A DNA stretch of 63,619 bases, counting the filler, from Atractiella rhizophila (Eukaryota), in NCBI GenBank assembly GCA_021432655.1. It is 2 parts of 2 records of this genome, joined end to end, with 100 filler letters (N's around TTAATTAATTAA, not from the genome) between each part and the next. Parts side by side here need not be neighbours in the genome. Positions count along the whole stretch, not along the records: positions 1 to 31,813 come from MU271690.1; positions 31,914 to 63,619 come from MU271691.1. One strand, given 5' to 3'. Below are positions 28,151 to 41,339 of the stretch, in pieces. The first letter of the stretch is position 1; every line of letters starts with the position of its first letter. Both the position numbers and the translations under genes were made by a program. The notes under the pieces were generated by a model. It was not told the DNA's origin, made no database searches, and saw only the letters and a program-made list of their open reading frames with translations.

Positions 28151-29202
28151 TCAGAATATGCCTCCTCGACCATGCCGCCGCAAGAAACCGTTCAACCACT
28201 CAGCATCATCCCTATTCTCTTGCACCTCCCTCCTCATCTCCCTCTCCTCTTCCATGCTCCTCCTCCGCTCCTGCTCTTCGTAGCCCCTTGCTACCTGAAT
28301 TGCTATGCGGCGTTCGACCTCTCGCTGGCGTAAATAGTCCTCCTCATCTTTCTCACGCAACTCGTCGTCCTCCATAAAATCCGGTTCCTCTTCAAAAACT
28401 TGAGGCCGCTCGCGATCGGGACTAGGTTGATCTTCCAGTTCAGCACAGAAAGCGTCGTAATCCTCATCCGATATCTGACCATCTTCCAAGGCTTCGTCCT
28501 CATCCATGTCAGGGAGAGACATGAACCCATCTCGTTGCTGCCTGCACATGGAATTAGCCAGTAGGCAAAATCGGGGAGGAAATGACGTACTCATCCAAGA
28601 TGCGCGGTGGCGACATCGACCGTCCTTGTTTCGCCTCTGGTACACGAGAGTAATAGCGGTGCTGACTCGACTCTCTCGCAAGGGAATCCGTTGTGGAAGG
28701 ATCATTGCAAGTCGCACTCGCCGGTGGGACGAGGAACGAAGCATCAATGAAAAGGTTTTCTACTTCGTTTGACTCTCGCCGTGTTTGAATTCGCCGATCC
28801 ACGACGATATGTGCCTGAACAAGAAGCAACTCATCGTAGAGGAGTTTGTATTGTTTTGACCTCGCATCCCTGCAACACAATGAACACGATCAATACTGAC
28901 CTGAAGAGAAGGAAAGGGGCATACAAATGGTATAGGCCGTTAATGAGGGCTCTGGCTCGCGTCGAGAGCTCTTCAACGCTCATCACGTCCGGAGAAGTTT
29001 GACGCCTGTTTAGAAAATCGACGGTGTTATCAATAATTTGTTCAGATCTAACATCACTAAAAGCATCTTTATTGACGCTCTCAAAGTTAGATGTGGAAGC
29101 AGCAGATACCTTTTGATCCGCCAATGATAGTTCCATGTCTACATCGACATCCATTGGAACTACCAAAGTCGAACTTGAAGAATAGCTGTCGCTTGAAGAC
29201 AT
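28151..29202 (-). CDS. Hypothetical protein with acidic/coiled-coil C-terminus
   Basis: Three overlapping minus-strand ORFs joined by plausible introns; TATATAAAG about 85 nt upstream. Confidence 0.6.
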
Positions 29203-29483
29203 CTTGCGTGTCGGTGATTCGAAGATGGCCGAAGGTCGTGATTTGTTTCCGGTGGTTGGTGGAGGGAAGTGGTGAAGTAGGCAATCTTTATATACTTTCA
29301 GATTAGGGTCAGGGTTCCAGTTTGTACGTAATTGCTTACCATGACTCCGCCCAACATACCAACACATTAGGCTAAGACAGCGAGGTCATGAGAGTGAGCG
29401 AGACAATCAAGGCGTTTCATAGTTTTAAATACAAAAGAAATCATAACAAATATCCTTAGGACGAGAAAACCGAATTCATCAAA

Positions 29484-31813
29484 TCATGGCGCAGTGGATG
29501 CACTATTTTCCCCAACATTGGGAATGGACGATGGTGCCATGTTCTCGACCTGCATAGGAGCTTCGTACTTCAACGTGGTGGCTGGAGATGTAGCAGTAGC
29601 ATAAGTCAGATGAGGAGCGTTTGTGACGGAGGTTGTCGCATAGGCTTGCTGAGGAATCTGAACAGGAGGAGCTGAACCATAATTTTGCTGAGGAGGCATT
29701 GTTGCAATAGAAGCCTGAACGGATGAAGTATACGCTGGTTGTGGAACCGACGGAACGGGAAGGTATGTTTGCTGATTCGAGGTGTAAGCTCCTTGTGGTT
29801 GAGACGTGGATGCAAATGAAACTTGAGGTACAAACTGCTGTTGTGGCTGTTGTCCAGCAGCAGAGAGAAGATTGGCAATCCCTGGAAGCGTTTGAGGATG
29901 CGAATGAGGAGGCTGGGCAGTTGTAGAAGTAGAGTATGGGTGCCTCATCGGGGCGCTCTGATGTGCCATCTGGGTTTGATGCGGCTGAGCAGAATAACCA
30001 TAATGAGTGTAACCAGCTGGCATCTGTGGAGCATAGCCAGGACGTTGGCTGAACTGCACTCCCTGTGGCGGTTGGGGGTAATTGTAATAAGAGTTGGGGT
30101 TGCCGTAATAATGCGCATTTTGCATTGGAGGAGGATACACAGGTGTAGGTGCCATTGGTGGTGGTTGAACTGATTGAGACGTCGACCGTCGCGGAGGCTC
30201 ATTGATCGTAATTTTGCCCTTCGATCGTTTCTTCGAACGTCCCTCTAGAACACAATTAAATAAGATAACGAACTATTGAGCTCTCACCTGCAACCCAGTC
30301 CTCATCGGAATCGTCTTCAAACTCGTGAATAAAATCAGGATCCAGCTTCTTCCTCTTCTTTCCAACCGGTGCTACCTTCGGTTGTGTGAATTGCACAGTG
30401 GGATACTTGAATTCCGACTTCTGTCCATCGTCAAACTCCACAATAACAGTCTTCGCGTCCCTGTTAATCGCCTTTAATTTAACCTCAAACGCGCCGCCGC
30501 CTGTCTTTACTCTGATTCTCGAATCTAACTGCAGAGTGTCGATTTTGATCTGGAGCTCATTAGCCTTCCGTTCCGCTTCCAACTTCTTCCAATCAGGATT
30601 GTGCTGTCGACATAGAATAACCGTCCGGAGTTCGCCAGATGCTTGTGAAAGATCTGGAGCGGTAGCCGCACCATTGCTATTTGATTCAGGTTTAGCTGGT
30701 TCAACAATGAGACTTCGAGCGTTATCTCCTTCTCCGATGATCGCGTCGAGCACCACTCCACTACCGTCTTGGAGCGCGCAAGTGGCATGAAAAGCTCGAA
30801 CGCATTTCCCCTTCGTGCACTGAACCGGAGCTCCGTGCTTCTCATTGCACAGTCCGCATTTCTACGACCCAATGAACACTGTGTGTATGATGGCGAGGAA
30901 TCACAAACCAAAGTCCAGCGCGCCCTTTCAATCTGATTAAAACCACGAACAACATCTTCTTTAGCAATTGGGTCGAATTCGATCCAAGTTGCAGGTGTAA
31001 ATGTGACCTTCATGATAAGGGACATGAGCAATCGGGTCTGCAATGGAAATTCAGACATACACAAACACGATGCGCCTTCTTTTCGTTTCCTGTACTCTTC
31101 TTCCCCGGCTCGCGAATGGGGACCAAGTGATCATCTGCTAGATCAGGACAGAGTGCACAGATGTAGTCCTTCTTCGGTGGCGGTGCAGGTTTGGCGGGGG
31201 GAGGTGGGGGCATCATGGTTTGCTGTTGTAATGGTTGCGAAGGCAGCTGAGCATCAAACTGTTGTCCGACTTGTCGAGGTTGTTGCGGCCGCGGGGCTTG
31301 GGGGTACCCAGCGGGTCTAGCGTTCTGCGTTTGAGGATGCATTGGTTGGCTACGTTGAGAGGGCTGCGCTTGATGCATCACGCTCATCGCTTGCTGCTGT
31401 TGATGGTGATACTGCACGTGAGGCGGTTGCGGACTGGGGTATTGTCCTGGAAGATAGCTTCCATTTGGCGGACCCGTCTCAACTTTGAAGCGCTTCTGAG
31501 GTTGCCCATGTTGTTCGTGTGATGGGAGCGGAGTAACGGCCACTGAGGAAGCTCGTGACGCGTTGGACACAGAAGATGGATGAGAACGTTTCTTCGACGC
31601 CTGCGAAGCTTTTAGTTTCTGTCTCTCCAGCCATTCGGCATTGTCTGCGAGCATTGCATCCACGTTGATGCTCACACTGTTCATCCGCTTTACCAGAAAT
31701 TTCTTAGGAGAAAAGAAAGCAACGCACCTATCGGACATACATCGACAACTTTGAGCTTTTCTTCCCAGCTCCAGCCATGCTTTTGTAGCAAAATTGACAC
31801 TCTCTGCGCAATT
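29484..31813 (-). CDS. RPH1: KDM4/Rph1-type JmjC histone demethylase, 3' part (truncated at linker)
   Basis: NCAESVNFATKAWLELGRKAQSCRC (JmjC C-terminus), extended PHD (CALCPD..HRVC..KCGLC..HGAPVQCTKGKCVRAFHATC..LCRQHNP) and a Q/P-rich tail. Confidence 0.88.
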
Positions 31814-31913
31814 NNNNNNNNNNNNNNNNNNNNNNNNNNNNNNNNNNNNNNNNNNNNTTAATTAATTAANNNNNNNNNNNNNNNNNNNNNNNNNNNNNNN
31901 NNNNNNNNNNNNN
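31814..31913. other. Artificial contig linker/gap (44 N + TTAATTAATTAA + 44 N)
   Basis: N runs flank a 12-mer with stops in all six frames; features on both sides are truncated. Confidence 0.97.
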
Positions 31914-33585
31914 CTCGCTTGTGTCTTGGACATGGAGTTGGAGTCAGTGGATATCTCTACGGCATTCCTCAACGGCGATATGGATGCAGAGGTCTATGCA
32001 CAACAACCAGAAGGTCATCCTCAGGGCCCTCCAGAGTACGTTCTGAAGCTAATCAAGGCCATCTATGGCACAAGGCAAGGAGGGCGTCAATGGCAGAAGA
32101 AACTCGATAAGGAACTCGTTGATATGGGATTTAAGAAGATCAAGAGCGACTCTAGTCTGTGGATTTACTCGAAGGGGGACATCAAAGTACTTGTCCCAGT
32201 CTTTGTGGATGATATTACGATCGCTAGCACATCAAAGGGTGCTGTGGAGGACTTCAAGAGGGAGTTAGGAAAGCGTTTCAAACTCAGAGACCTTGGACCG
32301 ACGGAATTCCTACTTGGGGTTCGTATTAGGAGAGATAGAAAGCGAAGAATGATGTGGTTGGATCAAGAACAGTATGTTAAGGACCTCCTAGAACGCCAAC
32401 AGATGGACGATTGCAACCCTGTCCTCACTCCTCTCAACGTTGGACACGGTCTCAGCAAGCAGGACTGCCCTCAGACAAAGGAAGAACAAGAAGAAATGCA
32501 CACAATCCCTTACAGCAACGTTGTTGGCTCCATGATGTACTTGGCCATATCCACTCGTCCAGATATCGCTCATGCAGTCTCTGTCCTTGGAAAGTACCTC
32601 TCTAACCCAGGAAAGAAGCACTGGGAAGCGGCCAAGCATCTTCTACGATACCTCAAAGGCACTCAGAACTTAGGAATCAAGTATTCTGCAGCTGGTTTTG
32701 ACCTCATGCAACCTTTTCACGCCTTCTGCGATGCAGATTTTGCTGGGTGCAAGGATACTGGACGTTCTACGGGAGGCTATCTCCTCAAGATAGGCAACGG
32801 AGCAGTCAGTTGGAGCAGCAAACTGCAAACCCTCGTTGCCCTTTCTACTACCGAAGCAGAATATGTCTCAGGAGTCTCAGCAGGTCAAGAAATTGTCTGG
32901 CTAAGGAATCTTTTAGAAGAGATTGGCTTCACTCCTCAAGGTCCTACTCCCCTCTTCACAGACAGCAGCAGCGCTCTCCAGGTATCCAAGAACCCTGAGC
33001 ACCATGGTCGAATGAAACACCTGGACCTTCGCTTTTATTGGCTCAGGGATGTTGTTGAGATGGGCAAGATCAGTCCAGTCTTCTGTCCAGGTGTCAATAT
33101 GCCAGCAGACCTCCTCACCAAGGCACTTCCAGTTGCCAGCGTGGACAAGTTTCGAGTTATGATGGGTTTGTGCCCCTACCCAAGTGTCTGAGGCAGTTAT
33201 GGGGCGCAATAAAATTCCTTACCTCCTCTGTGGGGTTATAAGACGCCGCTTTAAGCGGTACGAGGACTTTTCCTCTTCTTTTCATTGCAAAACTAATATG
33301 CTTTCTGCTTTATATCGAGTATACATTGTGTGAATTCGGTGGGAGAGTCTCTGGATTTGGTGGGAGCATCAAGAGACAGCTGCCCAGGTGGGAGTGTTAG
33401 TTGTCGTGTGTTGTTTTGGTCATCTGCCTCTTATGACTCTTATGAGTCATCACTATGTAGTTTAGTTCTGCCTAGGAGTGTTGGTGCTCATTATTGACCA
33501 CCAACCACTCCTAGGTATGTCTCTCTATACTTCTCTAATGTGCTTATTATTGACCACCAACCACTCCTAGCCTTAGATCCTTACA
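31914..33585 (+). mobile_element. Ty1/Copia LTR retrotransposon A, 3' part (RT, RNase H, 3' LTR)
   Basis: Open ORF to 33191 with DISTAFLNG, KAIYGTRQGGRQW, VFVDDI, CDADFAG and KHLDLRFYWLRD; LTR follows. Confidence 0.95.
33395..33585 (+). repeat. 3' LTR of Copia element A (191 bp)
   Basis: Begins TGTTAG after a purine tract (GGTGGGAG) and ends CTTACA, where another element's RNase H sequence resumes. Confidence 0.75.
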
Positions 33586-34405
33586 ATATTGTGATGCAGA
33601 CTTTGCGGGTTGCAAGGATACTGGCCGGTCCACTGGAGGATACCTCTTAACTGTCGGAGGAGGAGCAGTTAGTTGGAGTAGCAAGTTGTAGTCTCTGGTA
33701 GCACTCTCAACCACGGAGGCAGAGTACATCTCAGGGGTATCAGCAGGACAAGAGGTGGTTTGGCTGAGAAGTCTTCTGCAAGAGATTGGCTTCGCTCCAA
33801 AAGGTTCGACAACACTTTTCACGGACAGCACCAGCGCTTTGCAAGTCAGCAAGAATCCTGAGCACCATGGACGCATGAAGCACTTGGATCTTCGCTTCTA
33901 CTGGCTCAGGGACACAGTAGAATCTGGACTCATCACCCCAGTCTTCTGCCCTGGCGAGTCTATGCCTGCAGACCTCCTCACCAAGGCCTTACCGGTTGCT
34001 GGCATTGCAAAATTCCGAGAAATGATGGGTCTGCACCCCTACCCAAGTGTATGAGGCAGTTATGGGGCGCAATAAAACTCTGTCCTCCTTCTGGGGGGGT
34101 TATAAGACGCCGCTTTAAGCGTGGCTATTTTGGATGGTTCTTGGATTTGGCAGGAGCTTCAAGAGGTGGCTGCCCAGGTGGAAGTGTTGGATTAGGTGTT
34201 ATATTTTGTGGTCTTGATTTGTGTGGTCAGCCACCTTTGTTGTGTTTGCTTCATTTCGGAGTTTTAGCCCCCTAGGGAGCAGTTTAGGCGGTCATCATCC
34301 CTGACCACCAATCTCTGTCCCCTAAGTATGTGTTTCCCTATCAATGTCATCATCTTTGACCACCAATCTCTGTCCCCTAGCTCCATCCAGCATCAGATTC
34401 TCTCA
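33586..34405 (+). mobile_element. Copia element B remnant (RNase H + 3' LTR), interrupted by A
   Basis: YCDADFAGCKDTGRSTGGY...GLHPYPSV* with an internal TAG near 33690; LTR TGTTGG..CTCA at 34185-34405. Confidence 0.9.
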
Positions 34406-35470
34406 CTTCAAGACCTTCAAGAATTGGGTAGAGAATGTCACTGGGAAGAAGATCAAGAAGTTTAGAGAGGACAAGGAAGGCGCTTATTCCTCTAAGGAAT
34501 TCGATCAATATCTCAAGGCCTGTGGTATCCAGCGCAAACAGACGATCAGGAACTCTCCTTACCAGTATGGCAGGGCAGAACGAGGCAATAGGACAATTTA
34601 GGAGACTATGGTCGTCATGTTTGAAGAATCTGGACTCCCACTCTTTCTCTGGCCGTCTATCACTTCAGGGGTCGTCCACATTCGCAACAGATCTCCCTCA
34701 GCTTCGATCAACCATGTTATTCCCCGTACGAAACCACTGGACTTACTCCAACCATCTCAAGACTCACAATCATTGGATGCACTGCCTACATTCAAGTTGA
34801 GAAGGATGAAAGGCTATATAGCTTAGAATCTTATACTAGAAAATACACATTTATAGGCTATTCCCTTGCAGCGAAAGGGTGGGAGTTCTGGGATCCTGTT
34901 GGAAAGAAGGTCTACACTCGAGATGTTGCCAGATTTGATGTGAGAGAGATGCTCTCTGCAAGGTCAGAAAGGAGAAGATTATGTTGGAAGATCCACAGGG
35001 ACCGCTTGATGACTGGAGGAAGTGTCAGGATCAGGTGGGAGATGGACAGAACAATGCTCCAGCCGCTCCTCCAGCCAGAATTCTGCTAGACGACAATAAT
35101 GACGAAGGATGGATTCAGCAACCAGGAGCACCCCCTACACCTGAGAGACAACCCAGACAACTTGGAATACAGTCTCCAAATTAATTTCAGCGCCTTCAGG
35201 TTGAAGAAGAAGAAAGAGAACAGTCTCCGGACCCCCTACAGCTTGTGCTTAGATGCCCTAGGACACCCCCACCTTGTCAGTACACCATGCAGAGAGATCC
35301 TTGGACAGGAGTTCACATGCCTACATTCTCAGAGTCTCTGGATCCACTCCAGATCTGCCCGACAATACCAGATCGACCTTCTCCAGCACCTTCGACACCT
35401 CCCCCTGTCACCAGGCCGTCAAGAACTTATTCTACAAGTAGAGGACGACCTGTAGACAGATTTAGGACCC
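34406..35470 (+). mobile_element. Degenerate Copia element C (integrase core and linker), interrupted by B
   Basis: FKTFKNWVENVTGKKIKKFRED...GRAERGNRTI, LPLFLW, FIGY...KGWEFWDP; contains stops and frameshifts; right end approximate. Confidence 0.85.
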
Positions 35471-36304
35471 AAAAGCACCTCAATCCAGTAGCGGTTTCTG
35501 GGGAGACAAAATGGTCGAGGTCATAAGGTAATGTTCTGGGTGAAACCGGCTTATTTTAGGCTGGGGGAACAAATGAGAGTGAAAGATTGAAGGTCTTTCT
35601 TCAAATTATTGACCGAATGGTCCTTAGACAGTGTATTCATGAAGTCCAGGAGTAGCTGGTATCAATCTCCATTCATTGAAGGAGATGTGCATGATGATTT
35701 CCATATTGGAAAACCACCTGTAACAGAAGCTACAAAGCTCACAGCTGTGATATTGCACATCCAATGCCGTTCTTTAGATATAAAGAACCTGTGGTCCCTT
35801 GATCCTGTCTAATTTTGACAAAGTACCACCGTTACTTATTTCATGTTCTGGCCCATTCCTGAATCTATGCACACCTGTAAGAACTCTCACCATGTTGTCA
35901 TGTGTTGCCCAAGGTAACAAATTACTAACAAGGAATAGTATGCAGATAGTTTAGCTGCAAGTACCTCATAAAATAGCATTCTACTCCATTTCTATGTCAG
36001 CTAAACTCGTCCTGGATCAACTAATCTCCTCCACATAAGGATCAGCTAATCCCCTCCTTGTGCTCAGAAGTATGTCTTTGCGGCTAGTCGACATGAAATA
36101 GATCACGATGGCTGAATGCTGCCTACGTACCATTGAAGCTGGGCAGACGGACGCAGCAACGTGTCTTATGAGCAAGGTCTCATGGTCTCATGGAGCAAGC
36201 AGAGCAGCCCGTGTTGCAAAGGTCGGCCGAATGAACAGTGCTTTTATGTACTTACTGACTGTCACAAGCAGAAAATTCATACATACACAATCCTGTCATC
36301 ACAT

Positions 36305-39300
36305 CTATCTCCCTTTGTTCATGCCGCTCGCCCTAGCATTGCTCTTCCCTGTGCTTTTTGTAACGCTCTGGAGGTGCAGAATCCTGAGTTGCTGTTGGAT
36401 AAAATCCTGCGTGCCTGTTGGATGATCAGTAGGCTGCACTTTCTTTGATGAAAAAGGATACCAGGCCGCATCCGTAATATTCTCAGAATAATCTCCACAT
36501 TCCCGCTACTCTGCTCATTCTTCTTCGCTCGCTTCTCGCGTTTTCGCTCTTTAATAGTGCCTATGTTACGAGAGTTCATCACCGATTTGCTTCGAGTTGT
36601 CTGCTTGGACACTAATGTCGATGTCAGCAGTCGAACGCATTCTTCCATGAGATCGTCCTGGCGAGAAAATGAAGATCACCACCATCAGTCCAAAGTGACA
36701 TACAGCATGCTGGTCATAGTACAGCCGAATACTGAGTAGTCGCTGGAAACGCGAGCTTTGAAGCTCTTCGATGGGGATACCGTCACCTGCGAAATATTGT
36801 GGGAATTCATCCAGATGGAAGTTACATGAATCACGTACCACCAGCGTTAAAGAAGTTTGTGAGGAACTATACTCTATCAAATCAAATACCATCAAAGATG
36901 ACTGGACAAATTTCACCTTTAGCCATTTAAAGACCACACTGCAGTGTATCTATCAGGATGGCTGGAGGCAAGGAAAACAGATAACTAACTCTACTTCTTT
37001 CTCTCCTAAAGCTTTCATTTCGGCCGGTGCATCAGAAAGAGGCGGAATAAGCAAGCTTTCTATCGTGGATAGAACCTCTTTCCCTGTAAGAGATGAGCTT
37101 CTGAGGCACACCAAGACGGTGACTAGTTTTGACACACATATTTTTGAGGTGACCAACGCCCAAGCTGAATCGACATTCAGTTTGGAAGAAAACAATCAAA
37201 AACCGAACCTGTGGGGCTATCGAAGGCGTTCAGTTTGCTACCATTGAACACGGACCGAATGCGTACCTGAGCGACGACTTAAGTACCTCTAAGCCAGCAT
37301 CTAAGACCTCAAACACGGGTCCTATTGCCGCTTCGATCTCAGCATCACTCATAGGTTTCGGCAAGGCGCCTCTCTTTGCCAATGCTGCCTCTCGCAACTC
37401 GTCCTCTACAGGCATTATCAGCGCGGAGCATAATACGAGCAAGACTAGGAACCTGTTGGAGGAATCTCAGATCCAGAACCGAACTGTTTTTGGTATAAGT
37501 CAAAGACATTTGCCCGCGCTTTCTCCACATCGAATTTGGACAAAGGGTTGTAGAAAGCAGTATTTGTCTTCAAAAGAGCCTTCAGATTGGGCAGGGATAC
37601 GTATTGGTGTATGATTGGAGCAAACTGGTCATGAGTTCAGCGGAAACGGGTGCGCGAGAAAGAGGAGCCAACTTTGTCCACCATATTTCTGACCATATCA
37701 CTTTCCGCCCTTTTAAGCGATCTGAATAACCAAACCTATGAGGTTCAATTATACCACAGTGTATTGCGTACCTGAAAGCCTTGCCGAAATAGAACTGGAT
37801 GTCATCCTGCTCGCCTTCCATGCTGATCCTGATGAATATCCTCCCTGTTGTATCTAAGTCGAACCTGTCTCTGATCTTTATCGTCTTCGTCGTAGCTGCG
37901 ACGGAATCACGAACCATAAATCTTGAGGCAAGAAGTTGCCGAACTGACGCGGATCCAAGCAGACATAGGCGCGACCCAACATTTCGTGCTACTTCAGTCG
38001 TCATTACTTCCTCCCAATTCATGAAAATGTACGGACTTCGTCCACAAGATTACGATGCCAGATAGATGCCGCCAGCCACAGAGAGCCTTGAACAGGAATG
38101 TCGAAAGTCTCCTCCCATTTGGGGCAGTTGGTCTCATATAAAGTTCGCGTTTTCGCGACCCGCTTACCTCGCTCGTCGCTCAACGTCAAGAAGGGATCAA
38201 CTTTGGTGCTACCATCTTCCTTAGCAACACCTTCTCCCATAATGATCTTGACCGTAAACAAAAAGCGTGATGTATCCAGTTTTTCAGTAACTGCAGGGCG
38301 GTGCCTGCGAACAACGGCGGAGACGCTGTCAGCGTCCATGGAAGTATACATTTTATCAAGAATATTTCGCGCTGCTTGGATGTTGTTCAGCTTTACACAA
38401 CTCTGGAGGATTCTTGTCAGTGCGTTTCCTGCTTTAGATCATAAGGTATAACTACCTGCGGTGTGAATTGAAAGCTGTCAAGTTTCCTGTCAGATTGATA
38501 AATCGCTCGAGCTTTGGTAAGCCATGCTCCAGGGCGGTTAACGTCCGAAGCTTCAGCTTCTGCATTTCGTGGAAACATTTCGCTCATGAAGAGCTCCTCG
38601 ATCCTGAAACAATATAACTCCATCGATTTACTGATGGTCTTAAGGAACATCAGCTTTGTTGTTACCGTGGTTCAAATACAAACCTTAGAGAGGGCAGTAA
38701 AGTAAAGCGCGTTCTGGTACTGGTCTGGCCAATCCAGTTTCTGCAAAAAGTCGATGGCAGATTTACATGAATCCAGCAAGTCGACGATGGAGGAGCTGTT
38801 TTGGTCTTGGCCTTCCCCAACGAACTGAAACACAGGTCAATCCTTTCAACTTCCGACAAGAAAAAAAGGGCACTTGATCGGCTTTGATCGCCGATATCAC
38901 CCAACCTTCCGTCTTTGCGTCTGTTTGGTCCAACCACCGTCTAATGAAGGGCTCGAACCATGTAGTTAAGTCTAAAGGAAGCGGGGAACTGCGATATCAT
39001 TAAACGAGGTCACATGGAAATGTCAGAGCGTACCTCGGACAAAAAGCATCATGCAGAGATGCCAGCTCTAGAACCCCTTTATAAAGGTCAACGATATCAG
39101 CATCGTTTACACCGCCTTGAGATGGATCGGCAGTGCTGAGAAACGTGGACTTGGCCGCATCCATGTCCTTTAGGAAAAGGGGAGAGACCTTTTCCAAGAA
39201 GATAGAAGGCATGTCGATCGCCCTGCGCACAGCATTCACCAGTCATAGAGCAATGGGCTGCACACGAACTCGAGAATGGGTTTTGGAAAGCGTTTGTCAA

Positions 39301-41133
39301 GAGTTTTTGTAGTTTTCTTGATCCAGTCCAATAGAATGAAGAAAGGTACTACCTGGTTCAATGCAGTAGAAAAAAGTTCACCGCTTTGTTCTGAATAATG
39401 ATGCATGGCTACCAGTCCAATCCCTTCCTTCAGCTCTTCCAATCTGGCCCGATAGTCGAGAATGTCTTCTTGAAAGACCAGGTTTCCTTGGATCTTGCTC
39501 AGAAGCTCTAGTAGCCCATCGATCTCATCAATGGTGACGTTTTCTTGCGTTTTGAAAATGGCAAATATTCGGCGTAGTAGGCTGTCAAAAGTTTCTGATA
39601 GACTACCGAATAAATACCGCCGCTGTCTCATCTCATGATGAATAGATCTTTAATACCATGCAAAGTCACTCACATCCTCTACTGGCCATCTGTTGTACTC
39701 CCATTCATTGGTAATCCTCTCAGTGTTGGCTAGAGCTTCGCCTACACATTCAATGAGTGGGCATTCACCTCTCATGTAACGCAAGGAAATGGCATCAAAA
39801 AAAGTTGTGACGCGGAATGGTGGGGTGATACGCCAACGAATTGCGCACTCGGTGAGAAGTTCGATGTGTGCTTTGGATAGAATTTGGAGGGACACTTCGT
39901 CATCCGGACCCAGAGACTGGATAAGTTCAATATCCAAATCGAGGCTTATATCCAGCAGTCGTTTATAAAATGACTTCGGATGTTGAGGAGGGATGAAAAC
40001 ATAGATCAGATCAGAATCGGAAGCCGCAATCGAATTGGGGCGACCGGATAAAGATCCATTCTTGTTTAGAGGCGATGGAAGAGAGGACACGGGAGAGAGA
40101 GGAGAGAGGACTGATGATCTGTGGGCTGACTCGTCGGATTGAACGAGATCTGGATGGAATTTGACCATAGTCAACATGAGCTGGCCCAAAGTCGCAATTT
40201 CTGCTTGTTTCCACTGGGCATAAGCGTTTTCTGAAGGGAAATCCGTCCGTGTACCTGGGTAAGAATTTCCTTGGCTGATAGCATTGATCAAAGCCTTCAT
40301 ATCCCCGACTGCGGCACGTTCTGTGCAAATCCGCTTGATGTCCGCCACATCTCGTTGCAGTTGTAAAGAATCTACCCTAAATATTCGTCCTACTGTCTGA
40401 ACCATTGTCATTTCGTGAACACTCCCAGATGGGCCGTCGAGTGTCTGGTGAGACGTTGAAGGGGAAGACGCTTCGTTGGGATCACTGGTAGGCATGATCA
40501 GCTTTGAGCTGTACATGTCCAGCCTAGATATCAGCTCTGGAGGCGTATGCTTGCATTCTCGAGACCGCAGACATTCACGGATGACATTGACAAACTGCCC
40601 GACTTGTTGATTCAGCTGTCCTTTCCATTCGTCGCCTTTTGACCTCTTTTTGAGGACATTTTGTGCCGTTGTAACAAAGCGGAGTATTAGAGTCTCGATC
40701 TTTCGCTCGTCTTTTATTTGCCTTTGAAAGCTGTCGGCAGTATAGTCCCCGTAGAAAGCTCCAATAGTTGAACGGAGCAAAATATCGGAATAACTTGGAT
40801 CAGCGCCTCTCGCGATTCTCTCGATCTTCGCGCCGAGGACTTTGATGAGCTCCTTCGGAAAGCGCAGAGATTTAGGGTCTTTGACGTTGAATGTGTCGCT
40901 GATGGAGGATAGAGCAGAAGTCCAAGCATCGTGTCTGGAGATAGGACGACTGGTTCGACTCGGTGAATCAGGTTGAGGAACGGCATGCGGTTGAGCCAAG
41001 AGTTTTGGGGAGGTGAGATACGCGAGATACGCTACGCTAGAACAGATATTGGATGGAAAGACGGATTGACATGGAGAACACACCGGAGGCAGTACTGGTA
41101 GAGCTCTGAATCATCCACCACATTCGAATCCAT
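36305..41133 (-). CDS. Munc13-like C2/MHD-domain protein (YOR296W/Git1-like)
   Basis: Large multi-exon gene starting ELYQYCLR|VAYLAYL; C2 domain FTVKIIMGEG..DPFLTLSDE..KTRTLYETNCPKWEETFDI; ends ILRILRM...NKGR*. Confidence 0.8.
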
Positions 41134-41339
41134 TCTATAGGTATCCCGGTGGGTCGATAGTGCACCTTTACTACAGCGGACCTATCATGAGCTTTCCAAT
41201 GCACACACTTGGGCGAGTGAGAGGTGAGTACAACTGTAGTAGCTTCGGCTCCGTGTTGCCGACCACTGATAATGTTTCCGCTTCAACCCCTGACAGTGAC
41301 AGTGTTGATCTAGCTTGATTTCGCCTGATATATTAGAAG

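Noticed and set aside
31858..31869. TTAATTAATTAA as a biological motif
   Set aside because: Synthetic linker embedded in Ns.
34051..34275. ORF overlapping the Copia B pol stop (env-like or readthrough idea, CAGTTA near TGA)
   Set aside because: It is not open in element A, runs into the LTR, and CAGTTA is not directly adjacent to the stop.
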